Assembly (NCBI GenBank): GCA_012728915.1
Contig: JAAYEC010000034.1
Coordinates: 5,895-69,894 of the forward strand
Length of the DNA: 64,000 nucleotides
Origin: Deltaproteobacteria bacterium
Lineage (GTDB): Bacteria; Desulfobacterota; Syntrophia; Syntrophales; UBA2192
Direction: 5' to 3'
Shown here piece after piece: positions 19,304 through 28,748 of the stretch. Positions within the stretch are counted from its first letter, which is position 1. Each line of letters opens with the position of its first letter. The position numbers and the translations under genes are program-made. The notes beneath the pieces are model-generated. The model made no database searches. It was given only the letters and a program-made list of their open reading frames with translations, and had not been told where the DNA came from.

Positions 19304-20170
19304 TTATGCCCGGTAGATGTCCCGGTGGGAGACGTTGATGAGATAATTTTTCACCGCGAAAAAGCGGGCCAGCTGCTTCGCCATGACGACCGAGCGGTGC
19401 TTGCCGCCCGTGCAGCCCAGCGCTACGTTGAGGCTCGATTTCCCTTCTTTCTCGTAGAGGGGGATCAGGAACTCCATCATGCCGAGCAGCTGCTGCAGGA
19501 AAGTCTGGCTTTCCTGCCACCCCATGACGTAGTCCTGAATCTTCTGATCCTCCCCGGTGAGGTGCTTCAGCTCCTCGATGAAATAGGGATTGGGCAGGAA
19601 GCGCACGTCCAGCACGAGATCCGCCTCGGCGGGAAGCCCGTACCGGTAGCCGAAGGACATGAGATTGATCACGAGCCTCTTCTCCGACGGGGAGGCCATG
19701 ACGTGCCGCTGGACGACCTTCTTGAGCTGATGGACGTTGAACGACGAGGTGTCGACGACCTTGTCGGCCATCTCCCGCAGAGCCGAGAGCTTTTCCCGTT
19801 CCAGGGCGATCCCTTCCATGACGGTCCCGCGTTCGCACAGGGGGTGCGCGCGCCTGGTTTCCTGAAAACGCCTCAGGAGCGAGTCGTCACCGGCATCGAG
19901 AAAGAGAATCTCGATCCGGTGCCCCTGCTGTTTGAGCGCGGAGAAGATCTCCGGGTATTTTTCCAGGAAATAGCGCTCCCGCAGGTCCATCACCAGCGCG
20001 ACCTTGCTGATCTCGCTGGCCGTGTCGGCCTGCATCTCGAGGAATTTGGGCAGGAGCGCCACGGGAAGGTTGTCCACGCAGAAGAAGCCCACATCCTCCA
20101 GGGCGCGAAGGGCCGTGCTCTTGCCGGAGCCGGACATGCCGGTGACGATCACGATTCTCAGGTTCTGCAT
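19304..20170 (-). CDS. rapZ: RNase adapter protein RapZ
   Basis: [29 protein letters not shown]-terminal [10 protein letters not shown], and conserved position after ptsN. Confidence 0.92.
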   Translation of the reverse strand: MQNLRIVIVTGMSGSGKSTALRALEDVGFFCVDNLPVALLPKFLEMQADTASEISKVALVMDLRERYFLEKYPEIFSALKQQGHRIEILFLDAGDDSLLRRFQETRRAHPLCERGTVMEGIALEREKLSALREMADKVVDTSSFNVHQLKKVVQRHVMASPSEKRLVINLMSFGYRYGLPAEADLVLDVRFLPNPYFIEELKHLTGEDQKIQDYVMGWQESQTFLQQLLGMMEFLIPLYEKEGKSSLNVALGCTGGKHRSVVMAKQLARFFAVKNYLINVSHRDIYRA

Positions 20171-20353
20171 GCGTCACCCCCGGGCGCGGGCTCGCGCCGG
20201 CGCAGGCCGGTCTCAGCAGGCTCGGGAAGGGAGAGGATACGAGGCGGCGCGGGAAGGGATCGGTACGGGGCCTTTCGGGGGATTCGCTCCATCGCTTAAC
20301 GCCCTGTGAACGGCTCGGCAGCGGTTTGCAGGACGGCGCGCCGGCGTCCCGCG

Positions 20354-20815
20354 TCAATAGGATTCGTCCTTTTCGGCGATTTTCCGGTAGATCTCCTCCG
20401 CGTTTTCTGCAGCCATGAGATCGCTGCGGAATCCCGGATCCTTCAGCATGCGGGAGATCTTCGCCAGGGCCTTGAGGTGCTGGCCCGTCGAACTCTCCGG
20501 CGCCATGAGCAGGAAGAAGATATGAACGGGCTTGCCGTCGATGGCATCGAAATCGACCCCCTGACGGCTGCGGCCGAAGGAGATCACCAAGCGCTCCAGG
20601 CCTTTGAGCTTCCCGTGGGGAATGGCGATCCCGTCTCCGATGCCGGTGCTCCCCAGCTTTTCCCGCTCGAGCAGGACGTTGACCATGGCCCCGGGCGCGA
20701 GGCCCCTGTGATCGCGGCTCAAGACCTCCGACAGCTCCGCCAGGACCGCTCGCTTGGAGACCGAATTCAATTCCTCGATGATGTAGTCCCTGTTGAACAG
20801 GTCGGTGATCTGCAT
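20354..20815 (-). CDS. ptsN: PTS IIA-like nitrogen regulatory protein PtsN
   Basis: EIIA-Ntr fold with the phosphorylatable His context (GIAIPHGK). Position rpoN-hpf-ptsN. Confidence 0.88.
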   Translation of the reverse strand: MQITDLFNRDYIIEELNSVSKRAVLAELSEVLSRDHRGLAPGAMVNVLLEREKLGSTGIGDGIAIPHGKLKGLERLVISFGRSRQGVDFDAIDGKPVHIFFLLMAPESSTGQHLKALAKISRMLKDPGFRSDLMAAENAEEIYRKIAEKDESY

Positions 20816-20832
20816 GGAAAAGTCTCGCCGAT

Positions 20833-21372
20833 TCAGCTGTTGGCCTCCAGCAGCGCGAAATTGCCGTCTTCCCGGCGGTAGATGACGCTGATATTTTCCG
20901 ACAGGGCATCCCGGTAGATGACGAAACGGTTCCTGGAGCCCTCCATCTCGATCATGGCCTCCTCCAGGGACATGGGCTTGAGCACGACCTTGCGCGTCTC
21001 GACAACCCTCGAGCGCGGCTCGTCCTCGATACCGGCAGACGCCTCCCGCAACCCGCCCCTCTCCTCGGCACGGCTCGTGCCTGCCTTGCGGTCACGGCTC
21101 TTCTCCTTGTGCTTCTTGATCTGGCGTTCGATCTTGTCGATCACGTTGTCGATCGCCAGCTGCATGTCCTTGGCCTCTTCCTTGCCGACGAGGTTGATGC
21201 CCTTGGCCATGATGTTGACTTCCGCCACATTCCGGAACTTCTCCACGGAAAGGACGACATGGGCCTCGACAGGTTTGTCGATGTATTTCTGGATCTTGCT
21301 CAACCGTTCCGTCGCATAGTCCTTGAACCAACTTTCCGACCCCGTATTCCGAAAGGTCACGGAAACCTGCAT
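20833..21372 (-). CDS. hpf: ribosome hibernation promoting factor (long form)
   Basis: MQVSVTFRN..., YfiA/HPF N-domain plus a C-terminal dimerisation domain. Start taken at ATG 21372. Confidence 0.9.
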   Translation of the reverse strand: MQVSVTFRNTGSESWFKDYATERLSKIQKYIDKPVEAHVVLSVEKFRNVAEVNIMAKGINLVGKEEAKDMQLAIDNVIDKIERQIKKHKEKSRDRKAGTSRAEERGGLREASAGIEDEPRSRVVETRKVVLKPMSLEEAMIEMEGSRNRFVIYRDALSENISVIYRREDGNFALLEANS

Positions 21373-21564
21373 GTGCCGACGCCTCCTCATCCTGAGTTCT
21401 CGAATTGTCCCGGTGCCTTCCCCCGGATTCCTTGCAAGAAGGACGCCCTGCGCAGGGGGGCGAGACGGCAGGCGGTTGCTGTCCGGGACGGATCCCGGGG
21501 CGGCCCTTCACCGTGCCCGGAGGCCGCCGGACAGAACAGCGTCCCTTCCGAAAACAAGCCTTGC

Positions 21565-21593
21565 CTTATAGGACAGAGCCCTTGAAATGTCAA
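21565..21593 (-). promoter_or_regulatory. candidate sigma-70 promoter for hpf (TTGACA-17 nt-TATAAG) directly after the rpoN stop
   Basis: Minus-strand TTGACA at 21593..21588, a 17-nt spacer, TATAAG at 21570..21565. Confidence 0.35.
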
Positions 21594-23054
21594 TCAGTTT
21601 TTGGGCTTGATGAGAAATTTCTTCCGCTTGGACGAAGGGAGAATCCCCATCATTTCTCTGTACTTGGCGACGGTGCGCCGCGCGATCGAGATGCCCTGCG
21701 CGCTGAGGATGTCGACGATTTCACTGTCGCTCAGGGGCTTGCGGGCGTCCTCGCCGCTGATGATCTTCCGAATCTCCTCCTGGACGCTCTTCGACGCGAT
21801 GGTGTCACCGCTCGTCCTGCTGATGCTGCTGTTGAAGAAATACTTCAGCTCGAAGATCCCGCGCGGCGTGTGCATGTACTTGTTGGTCGTAACGCGGCTG
21901 ATCGTGGACTCGTGCATCTCCACATCGTCTGCGACGTCCCGGAGCACCAGCGGCTTCAGGAAGTGAATCCCGTTGTCGAAAAATTCGCGCTGGAACTTGA
22001 CGATGCTCTCGGTGACCCGGAAAATCGTCCTCTGGCGCTGCTGGATGCTCTTGATGAGCCATGTAGCCGACTGGAGCCTCTCCTTGATGTACTTCTTGCA
22101 CTCGTCGCCGCTCTGCACCCCATCCGAGGCACCCCCCAGGATCCCGCGGTAGAAGTTGCTGATCCGAAGCCGGGGAAGTCCCTCATCGTTCAGGACGATC
22201 TTGTACTCGTCTCCCACCTTGAAGACGAACACGTCGGGGATGATGTACTGGGGGCCCTCGTCGCTGTATACGAGCCCCGGCTTGGGATCCATCCGGCTGA
22301 TGAGGTAGATGGCGTCCAGGACGTCAGCCAGGGGGATTTTGAGCTTCTTCGCGATGTTGTTGTAGTTCTTCGTTTCCAGGTCGTGGAGATAATCGCGGAT
22401 GATCGTCTCGATCAGCGCATGGGAGGCGCCCGCGTACCGGGCCTGCAGCAGCAGGCACTCCCGGAGGTTCCGCGCCGCGATCCCCGGGGGGTCAAATTCC
22501 TGGATCCGGGTGAGCACCTTCTCGACTGCCTCGACGTCGACCTTCTCCTGCTCAGCGATTTCCTCGACGGTCGCCGCGAGGTATCCGCTCGCGTCCAGGT
22601 TGCCGACGATCTGCTCCCCGATCCGGCGCTCCGCCTCCGAGAGCCGGGAGAGCCTCAGCTGCCACATCAGGTGGTCCGTCAGGGTCGTCTTCCGGGACAG
22701 CATGTTCTCCCAGGATGGCCCCTCGTCCTCCTCGCGGTCGTAGGTCACCCGCATGGGTCCGTAGTCCTCGAGGTAGCTGTCCCAGTCGAAATCCTCCTTG
22801 CCGTCCCCCTCGCCCGTGACCTCGCCGGTGCGCTCCGCGGTCTTGACCTCTTCGACCTCCGGGGCCGGCGCCCCTTCCTCGCCGAATTCCTCTCCGGCCG
22901 GCTCTTCGAGCAGGGGGTTTTCCTCCATCTCCTGCTGGATCATGTCGACGAGCTCGATTCGCGAAAGCTGCAGCAGCTTGATCGCCTGCTGGAGCTGGGG
23001 CGTCATGATCAGCTGCTGGCTGAGCTTGAGGCTCTGCTTGAGTTCGAACGTCAT
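21594..23054 (-). CDS. rpoN: RNA polymerase sigma-54 factor
   Basis: N-terminal Gln/Leu-rich region I (LKQSLKLSQQLIMTPQLQQAIKLLQL) and the C-terminal RpoN box (ARRTVAKYR). Confidence 0.95.
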   Translation of the reverse strand: MTFELKQSLKLSQQLIMTPQLQQAIKLLQLSRIELVDMIQQEMEENPLLEEPAGEEFGEEGAPAPEVEEVKTAERTGEVTGEGDGKEDFDWDSYLEDYGPMRVTYDREEDEGPSWENMLSRKTTLTDHLMWQLRLSRLSEAERRIGEQIVGNLDASGYLAATVEEIAEQEKVDVEAVEKVLTRIQEFDPPGIAARNLRECLLLQARYAGASHALIETIIRDYLHDLETKNYNNIAKKLKIPLADVLDAIYLISRMDPKPGLVYSDEGPQYIIPDVFVFKVGDEYKIVLNDEGLPRLRISNFYRGILGGASDGVQSGDECKKYIKERLQSATWLIKSIQQRQRTIFRVTESIVKFQREFFDNGIHFLKPLVLRDVADDVEMHESTISRVTTNKYMHTPRGIFELKYFFNSSISRTSGDTIASKSVQEEIRKIISGEDARKPLSDSEIVDILSAQGISIARRTVAKYREMMGILPSSKRKKFLIKPKN

Positions 23055-23075
23055 GCGTTACCGCCTGCTGAGGTC

Positions 23076-23798
23076 CTAAAACCTGAAGTCGTCGCCCAGG
23101 TAGAATTTCCGGGCGATCTTGCTCTCCGCAATCATCTCCGGCAGCCCCTCGATCAGCACCGCCCCCTCGTTGAGGATATAGGCCCTGTCGCAGACCGAGA
23201 GGGTCTCCCGCACGTTGTGGTCCGAAATGACCACCCCGATGCCCTTGGACTTGAGCTTCTGGATGATCTTCTGGATGTCCGCCACGGCCAGGGGATCGAT
23301 CCCGGCGAACGGCTCGTCGAGCAGGATATACCGCGGCGAGGTCACCAGCGCCCGGGTGATTTCCACCCGTCGTCTCTCGCCCCCCGAAAGGGAGTAGGCT
23401 TTGCTCGATGCCAGGCCGGTAAGATCCAGTTCCCCCAGCAATTGTTCGAGCCTATTCTTCCTCTCCTCGCCGGCGATGTCAAGCGTTTCGAGGATCGCCA
23501 GGATATTTTCCTTGACAGTCAGCTTCCGGAAGACGGAGGGCTCCTGGGGCAGATAGTTGATGCCCTTGCGGGCCCTCACGTACATGGGGTCCCGGGTGAT
23601 CTCTTCTGCGTCGAGGAAGATCCGTCCGTCGTCGGGTCTGATGAGTCCGACGATCATGTAGAAGGTCGTCGTCTTGCCTGCGCCGTTGGGGCCCAGCAGT
23701 CCCACGACCTCGCCCGGGCGGATCTCCAGGTCGACGCCGTTGACGACCTTCCGCCCCCCGTACACCTTTGTCAGTGCCCTGGCTTCGAGCTTGCTCAT
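23076..23798 (-). CDS. lptB: LPS export ABC transporter ATP-binding protein LptB
   Basis: Walker A GPNGAGKTT, signature LSGGERRR, Walker B ILLDEP. Start at ATG 23798, with an alternative ATG at 23810. Confidence 0.92.
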   Translation of the reverse strand: MSKLEARALTKVYGGRKVVNGVDLEIRPGEVVGLLGPNGAGKTTTFYMIVGLIRPDDGRIFLDAEEITRDPMYVRARKGINYLPQEPSVFRKLTVKENILAILETLDIAGEERKNRLEQLLGELDLTGLASSKAYSLSGGERRRVEITRALVTSPRYILLDEPFAGIDPLAVADIQKIIQKLKSKGIGVVISDHNVRETLSVCDRAYILNEGAVLIEGLPEMIAESKIARKFYLGDDFRF

Positions 23799-23835
23799 GC
23801 CTGCCTTCATTCGGCCGCCCGGGCACGCCCCGCGG

Positions 23836-24432
23836 CTACTCCTTCTTCTTTTTTCCCCTTGACTCGTCGGGGTAGATGGTCGCCGTGACCCGTTTGCCCT
23901 TGGAGCCTTCGACAACGCCCCGGTTCTCGTCGAGGAGCACGACGACGCGTTCGCCCGTGACCACGTTGCTTCCTTCGCGCATGACAGGGTTTCCGGTTAC
24001 CACGATCTTCTGTTCGTCGCTGTAGAATACGGCCTGGTCGCCCGTGACGACGCGGTCCTTCTCGGTGATCCGCACGTTGCCCTTCGATACGATCCGCTCG
24101 ATATCCCCGGCAGCGGCCGCAGGTTCCCGGGCTGCCCCCTGCCCTTCCGCTTTCTTCTTGAAGTACAGCATCAGGGAGTCGCTCTGGATGGTGCGATCCC
24201 CCTGGGTGGCCACGACGTGGCCCGAAAACTCGACGAGATCCCTCTCTCGGTACGCATCGAGCCGGTCCGACACGATCTCGATCGGCTTGTTCCCTCCCTC
24301 CTTGAGCCACTGCGACCGCTTGTCCTGCCCCTGGAGGGATCCGGGGTCTGCGAAAGCGCTCAGCGCGACAACCGCAAGGATCGCGGCGATGGTTCGTTTC
24401 ACGGCGCCTCCCTCGCTCGATCGCGCCTTCAC
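23836..24432 (-). CDS. lptA: LPS transport periplasmic protein LptA (OstA-like)
   Basis: Signal peptide plus OstA_N beta-jellyroll repeats. 4-nt overlap with the lptC stop. Conserved lptC-lptA-lptB order. Confidence 0.8.
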   Translation of the reverse strand: MKARSSEGGAVKRTIAAILAVVALSAFADPGSLQGQDKRSQWLKEGGNKPIEIVSDRLDAYRERDLVEFSGHVVATQGDRTIQSDSLMLYFKKKAEGQGAAREPAAAAGDIERIVSKGNVRITEKDRVVTGDQAVFYSDEQKIVVTGNPVMREGSNVVTGERVVVLLDENRGVVEGSKGKRVTATIYPDESRGKKKKE

Positions 24433-25016
24433 GGCACCCGGGCCCTTACGGGTCCGGAGAGCGTGACGTGTTCCGACTTCAGCAGCAGGCTCATGCCCCT
24501 GCCCCTCACCTGGAACCGCGGGTTTGTCAACTGGACGGCCTCCGGCGTAAAGACCTTCTTTTCGCCGTCGGAATAGAACAGGCGTTCGGTGGTGAATCGA
24601 TCGCCCCGGTTGGACAGGATCACAACGTTGCCCTCGATCTCGATGTCTTTTCGGTCCGTCTTGAGCCGTCCCCTGTCGGCCGACAGTTCGTAGGTCTTGC
24701 CGTCCGGGAGAATGAGTTTCATGCGGACCCGGTCGAACCGGGCCTGGTTCTCCTTTTTCAGAAATGCCGCCGAGTCAGCATTGATTTCGAGCCGGTTCCC
24801 CGAATCGCCCACCTCCGTGTAATGCACGTCCTTGATATAGAGATCGGCCTGATCGTCGATGACCTTCAGCGCCGGCGTCCTCTCTTCCCCGGTCTGCGTG
24901 CCCCGGTACCAACCCGCGGCAATCAGGGCCGACACGAGGACGACGGCGGCGGCAAGGCCGAATTTCCCCGCCCGGTTCCCTGCGAGTTTCCGAAAAAATT
25001 CAAGCAACTTAGGCAT
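24429..25016 (-). CDS. lptC: LPS export system protein LptC
   Basis: Single N-terminal TM plus a beta-rich domain, positioned between kdsC and lptA. The call rests largely on synteny. Confidence 0.65.
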   Translation of the reverse strand: MPKLLEFFRKLAGNRAGKFGLAAAVVLVSALIAAGWYRGTQTGEERTPALKVIDDQADLYIKDVHYTEVGDSGNRLEINADSAAFLKKENQARFDRVRMKLILPDGKTYELSADRGRLKTDRKDIEIEGNVVILSNRGDRFTTERLFYSDGEKKVFTPEAVQLTNPRFQVRGRGMSLLLKSEHVTLSGPVRARVP

Positions 25017-25077
25017 GGTCCAATCGCAGGCCGAACGATACCACCCGCCATCCCGGATGTAAAGCCCAAAAGGGGCC

Positions 25078-25623
25078 TCAGGCCCGGTAGCGCTCCATCA
25101 GGCCCTCCCATTTCCCCTGCGCCTTGAGGAGGATCTCGCAGACTTCCCGGACGGCCCCCCGCCCCCCGGCGTTCCGTGTCACCAGGTCCGCCACGCCGAG
25201 GACGTCCTGATGGGCGTCACAGACGGTCACAGAGACCCCCGCGCGCCGCAACACCGGCAGGTCCACGATGTCGTCGCCCATGTAGGCCACCTGGCCGGGG
25301 GCGAGCCCCGTCGCCTCCAGGATTTCTTCAAAAACGGCCAGCTTGTCCGAAACGCCCTGATACACCCTCTCCACGCCCAGTTCGCGGGCCCTGTGCTCCA
25401 CCACGCGCGATTTGCGCCCCGTGAGGAACATCACCTCGATGCCGGCCCTCCGGATCATCTTCAGACCGTGACCGTCCCGAACGTTGAAGCACTTCGTTTC
25501 CTGTCCGTCGTCGCTGATGACGATACGGCCGTCGGTGAGCACCCCGTCCACATCGAGAATGAGCGCTTTCACATCCCGCATCCGGTCGGCCAGGTTCGAC
25601 TTCCGTTGCGTCTCGAGATTCAT
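25078..25623 (-). CDS. kdsC: 3-deoxy-D-manno-octulosonate 8-phosphate phosphatase
   Basis: HAD-IIIA motifs LILDVDGVLTDG and GDDIVDLP. ATGA overlap with the kdsA stop. Confidence 0.88.
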   Translation of the reverse strand: MNLETQRKSNLADRMRDVKALILDVDGVLTDGRIVISDDGQETKCFNVRDGHGLKMIRRAGIEVMFLTGRKSRVVEHRARELGVERVYQGVSDKLAVFEEILEATGLAPGQVAYMGDDIVDLPVLRRAGVSVTVCDAHQDVLGVADLVTRNAGGRGAVREVCEILLKAQGKWEGLMERYRA

Positions 25624-26459
25624 CTCCGTCCCTTCTTCATGTCCTCTTTCACGATCCCATCGATCCCCTGGAGCATGCGGAGGAGGTCTCGCAGGGAGTC
25701 CAGCGCTAGCGAGTTCGGCCCGTCGCAGCGGGCCCTGTCCGGCTCCGGGTGGACTTCGAGAAACAGGGCGTCCACGCCGACGGCTGCGGCCGCACGGGCC
25801 AGATAGACGGCCATGGCGCGCTCCCCGCCAGAGGCCTCACCGGCCCCGCCGGGCAACTGCACGCTATGGGTCGCGTCGAAGACGACGGGATAGCCGATGC
25901 CCCTCAGGATCGGGATCGACCGCATGTCGGAGACGAGATTGTTGTATCCGAAGCTCGCGCCACGCTCCGTGATGAGAATGTTGCGGTTACCCGCCGCTTC
26001 GACCTTCCGCACGACGTTGGCCATGTCCCAGGGGGCGAGGAACTGCCCTTTCTTGATGTTGACGACCTTCGCGTTCCGGGCGAGCTCCATGACGAAATCG
26101 GTCTGTCGGCACAGAAACGCCGGAACCTGGGCCACATCGAGAACCTCCGCGGCCCTCTCGATCTCCTCGAACCGGTGGACGTCGGACAGGACGGGAACGC
26201 CCAGTTCCTCGCGGATCGCCTTCAGGATCTTCAGCCCCTTGTCGAGCCCCGGGCCTCGGAACGATCGGACGGAGGTCCGGTTGGCCTTGTCATAGGAGGA
26301 TTTGAAGATGAAGGGGATCCCCAGCTCCGCCGTCACGTCCCTGAGGCTTGCGGCCACCCTGCGTGTGAGCTTCTCGCCCTCGATGACGCAGGGCCCGGCG
26401 ATGAGCGCGAAGGGCTCGCCGCCCCCGACCCTGATGCCTCCAACATTCACTTTGCGCAT
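25620..26459 (-). CDS. kdsA: 3-deoxy-8-phosphooctulonate synthase
   Basis: 279 aa with strong KdsA-type sequence (FALIAGPCVIE ... FKSSYDKANRTS ... DATHSVQLPGG). Confidence 0.95.
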   Translation of the reverse strand: MRKVNVGGIRVGGGEPFALIAGPCVIEGEKLTRRVAASLRDVTAELGIPFIFKSSYDKANRTSVRSFRGPGLDKGLKILKAIREELGVPVLSDVHRFEEIERAAEVLDVAQVPAFLCRQTDFVMELARNAKVVNIKKGQFLAPWDMANVVRKVEAAGNRNILITERGASFGYNNLVSDMRSIPILRGIGYPVVFDATHSVQLPGGAGEASGGERAMAVYLARAAAAVGVDALFLEVHPEPDRARCDGPNSLALDSLRDLLRMLQGIDGIVKEDMKKGRR

Positions 26460-26496
26460 GCCACCACGTTCCCTTTCTTCCCCTCTTGCCTTCTGC

Positions 26497-28509
26497 CTAT
26501 TCCCGGTGCTTGTCCTCGAGCATCCGGATCCTCAGCTGCGGAATCCTTTCCGCCGCGCGGGATTCCGGATTGATCTGGTAGGCTGCCTTGTACGCTTCGA
26601 GGGCCTCCTTGTACATCTTTTTCTTCTCGTATGCTTCCCCCAGGGCGAACCAGGAACCCTCGTCCTCCTTGTCGTACCGGACGGCGAGCTTGAGGTTTTC
26701 GATGGCCTTCTCGGTCTGCCCCTTGATGCCGTAAATGGTTCCCATGTTGGCGTAGGCCAGCCCCCGCCTGGATTCGACGGCCGCCAGCTGCCGGTACGTT
26801 TTCAGCGCCGCGTCGTACTGCTTCGCCTTCATCTGCTGGGCACCCATGCGCTCGAGGGCTTCCGTGGTGGCCTTCCCCGACTTGCTCCCTTTCTCGACGG
26901 CCTTTGCGGCCTCCTTCGTCCTGCCCTGCTTCTCGTAGATGGCGGCCAGGTTGAGATGGATGTTCGGATCGCTGGAGCCCAGCTGGAGAGCCTTCTTGTA
27001 ATTCTCCTCCGCATCCCTGTACTGCTTCAGTTCCCCGTAGGCGAACCCGAGATCGGCGTACACCCGCGGGTTCTTCGGGGCCGTTTTCCGGATCCGGTTC
27101 AGGGCCTCGACGGCTTCCCTGTAGCGCCTGCCCCGGAAGTAATGCTCCGAGATCCGGGCTGCCGCGTCCGTGTCGTCGGGCTTCAGTTGAAGCGCCTTCT
27201 CGTATTCCGCCAGCGCCTCCTTGTGCCGCTTGGCCTTGTCGTAAGCCACCCCGAGGTTGTATCGGAGGATGGGATCCCGGGGCTGGGCTGCGATGGCCTT
27301 CCTGTAGTTCTCGATTTCCTCTTTCACCTGGCCCTTCCTGCCATGGGCCTGGGCGAGAGCGGCGTAGGCGTTGGGATCCTTCGTGTTCTTCCGGGCCAGC
27401 GTGGCGTAGAGCTTCGCCGCGTCCTGCTCCCTGCCGGCCTTTCGGTAGGCATCGGCAAGGGCCTGGGTGACCCGCTGATCGTCGGGCATCCGCTTGTGCG
27501 CGGTCTCATACTCCCGGATGGCCGGGGCGAGTTTTCCCGTTTTCTCGTAGGCCCCGCCCAGGCTGAAGCGGACCATGGCATCGTCCGGCTTGAGCTTCAG
27601 CGAGGTCCCGTAGTGCGTGACGGCGTCGTTCCACTTGCCCATCTTGCCGTAGAGGAACCCCGCGATGGCGTGGGCCCCCGCATCCTTCGGGTTGAGCTCG
27701 GTGATCCGCCGCGTCAGGGGAAGCGCCCTGGCGTAATCCTTCCTCTCGACGTAGCATCTCGAAAGCCCCGCCAGGGCCGTCATGTCGTCGGCCTTGCGGG
27801 AAAGAACCGCGCGGTACTGGGCAATGGCCTGGTCGATCTTTCCGGTCTCGAGATGCTGCTCGGCCAGGGTCTTCCGCAGGGCCGTGTCGTCCGGGTTCAT
27901 GGCAAGGGCTTTCTCGAGGGCCTGCGCCTGCCATTTCGCATTGGCCGGGTTCCTGGCGAAACGGAGCCAGTCCTGCGGCGTCAGCTCGATGCGCACGGGC
28001 ACTACGCCGATCTCCTGCTGGTTGTATCGGACCCGGATAGCGGACTGCGGCAGCGGCCTGCCCCTCAGAGCCTCTTTCACGGACGCGGTCATCGTCGCGT
28101 CCACCAGCTCGACGGCCTTGAGCAGGACCTTGAGGTCATTCGCTCCGCCCAGCCCGTCCACGTCCACGGTGATGTTCTTCTCGAAAAGGGAGTCCGTGGA
28201 GACGCTCTTGACGATGAACTCGTCCCGGTAGGTGATCGTGAACGTCTCTGCCGCCGTGACGCGTTCCTCCTTGCCGTTTCGCTCGATGTCCATGTAATGA
28301 AAGGCGGGCGTCTTTCCCAGCAGGTTCACGCGCACGAACCCCCTGATCCCCTTGACGGTGAAGATCTCGCCGTAGACGGCGATCAGGACAACCGCCCCCA
28401 CGAGGATCAGGACGCCGATCAGCGCGGCCCCGACGAGGATCATCGGACGGCCCGTCTTTTCTCTGCGCTGCCTGCGCTCCCTCCGCTCTTCCTTCTTGTA
28501 ATAGTCCAT
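26497..28509 (-). CDS. membrane-anchored tetratricopeptide-repeat protein
   Basis: Basic N-terminus plus one TM, a roughly 150-aa beta-rich domain, then more than 10 TPR units. It ends 37 nt upstream of kdsA. Confidence 0.8.
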   Translation of the reverse strand: MDYYKKEERRERRQRREKTGRPMILVGAALIGVLILVGAVVLIAVYGEIFTVKGIRGFVRVNLLGKTPAFHYMDIERNGKEERVTAAETFTITYRDEFIVKSVSTDSLFEKNITVDVDGLGGANDLKVLLKAVELVDATMTASVKEALRGRPLPQSAIRVRYNQQEIGVVPVRIELTPQDWLRFARNPANAKWQAQALEKALAMNPDDTALRKTLAEQHLETGKIDQAIAQYRAVLSRKADDMTALAGLSRCYVERKDYARALPLTRRITELNPKDAGAHAIAGFLYGKMGKWNDAVTHYGTSLKLKPDDAMVRFSLGGAYEKTGKLAPAIREYETAHKRMPDDQRVTQALADAYRKAGREQDAAKLYATLARKNTKDPNAYAALAQAHGRKGQVKEEIENYRKAIAAQPRDPILRYNLGVAYDKAKRHKEALAEYEKALQLKPDDTDAAARISEHYFRGRRYREAVEALNRIRKTAPKNPRVYADLGFAYGELKQYRDAEENYKKALQLGSSDPNIHLNLAAIYEKQGRTKEAAKAVEKGSKSGKATTEALERMGAQQMKAKQYDAALKTYRQLAAVESRRGLAYANMGTIYGIKGQTEKAIENLKLAVRYDKEDEGSWFALGEAYEKKKMYKEALEAYKAAYQINPESRAAERIPQLRIRMLEDKHRE

Positions 28510-28700
28510 GGGTGCCTGTTTGACTGTTTGCCAGTTTGCCGCGTCAGCGTGACCGGATTGCTCTCATCGGCTTCGTGTCAACGGCGTAAGGCAAAGGGCT
28601 TACGGTGAAGAAACTCCAAACCCTTCCCTCCTTGAAGCCCATAGCCCTACGCCTTTCGCCGGTTTCATCCGCGCGATTGATCGTTCTTCTCTTATCCTTT

Positions 28701-28721
28701 GCCCTTCGCCCTTCGCCCTTC
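28701..28721. repeat. tandem heptamer (GCCCTTC)x3
   Basis: Three perfect 7-nt units in the spacer downstream of xerD. Confidence 0.8.
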
Positions 28722-28724
28722 GCC

Positions 28725-28748
28725 GGTTTCATCCGCGCGGATGAAACC
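28725..28748. repeat. 24-nt perfect palindrome GGTTTCATCCGC/GCGGATGAAACC spanning the xerD stop codon
   Basis: Self-complementary 12+12 nt. Its left half is part of a 21-nt direct repeat (28655..28675 = 28719..28739). Confidence 0.8.

Noticed and set aside
28701-28721. Short tandem repeats near xerD considered as a degenerate CRISPR array or minisatellite.
   Set aside because: There are only three 7-nt units, no spacers and no cas genes. It is not a CRISPR array.
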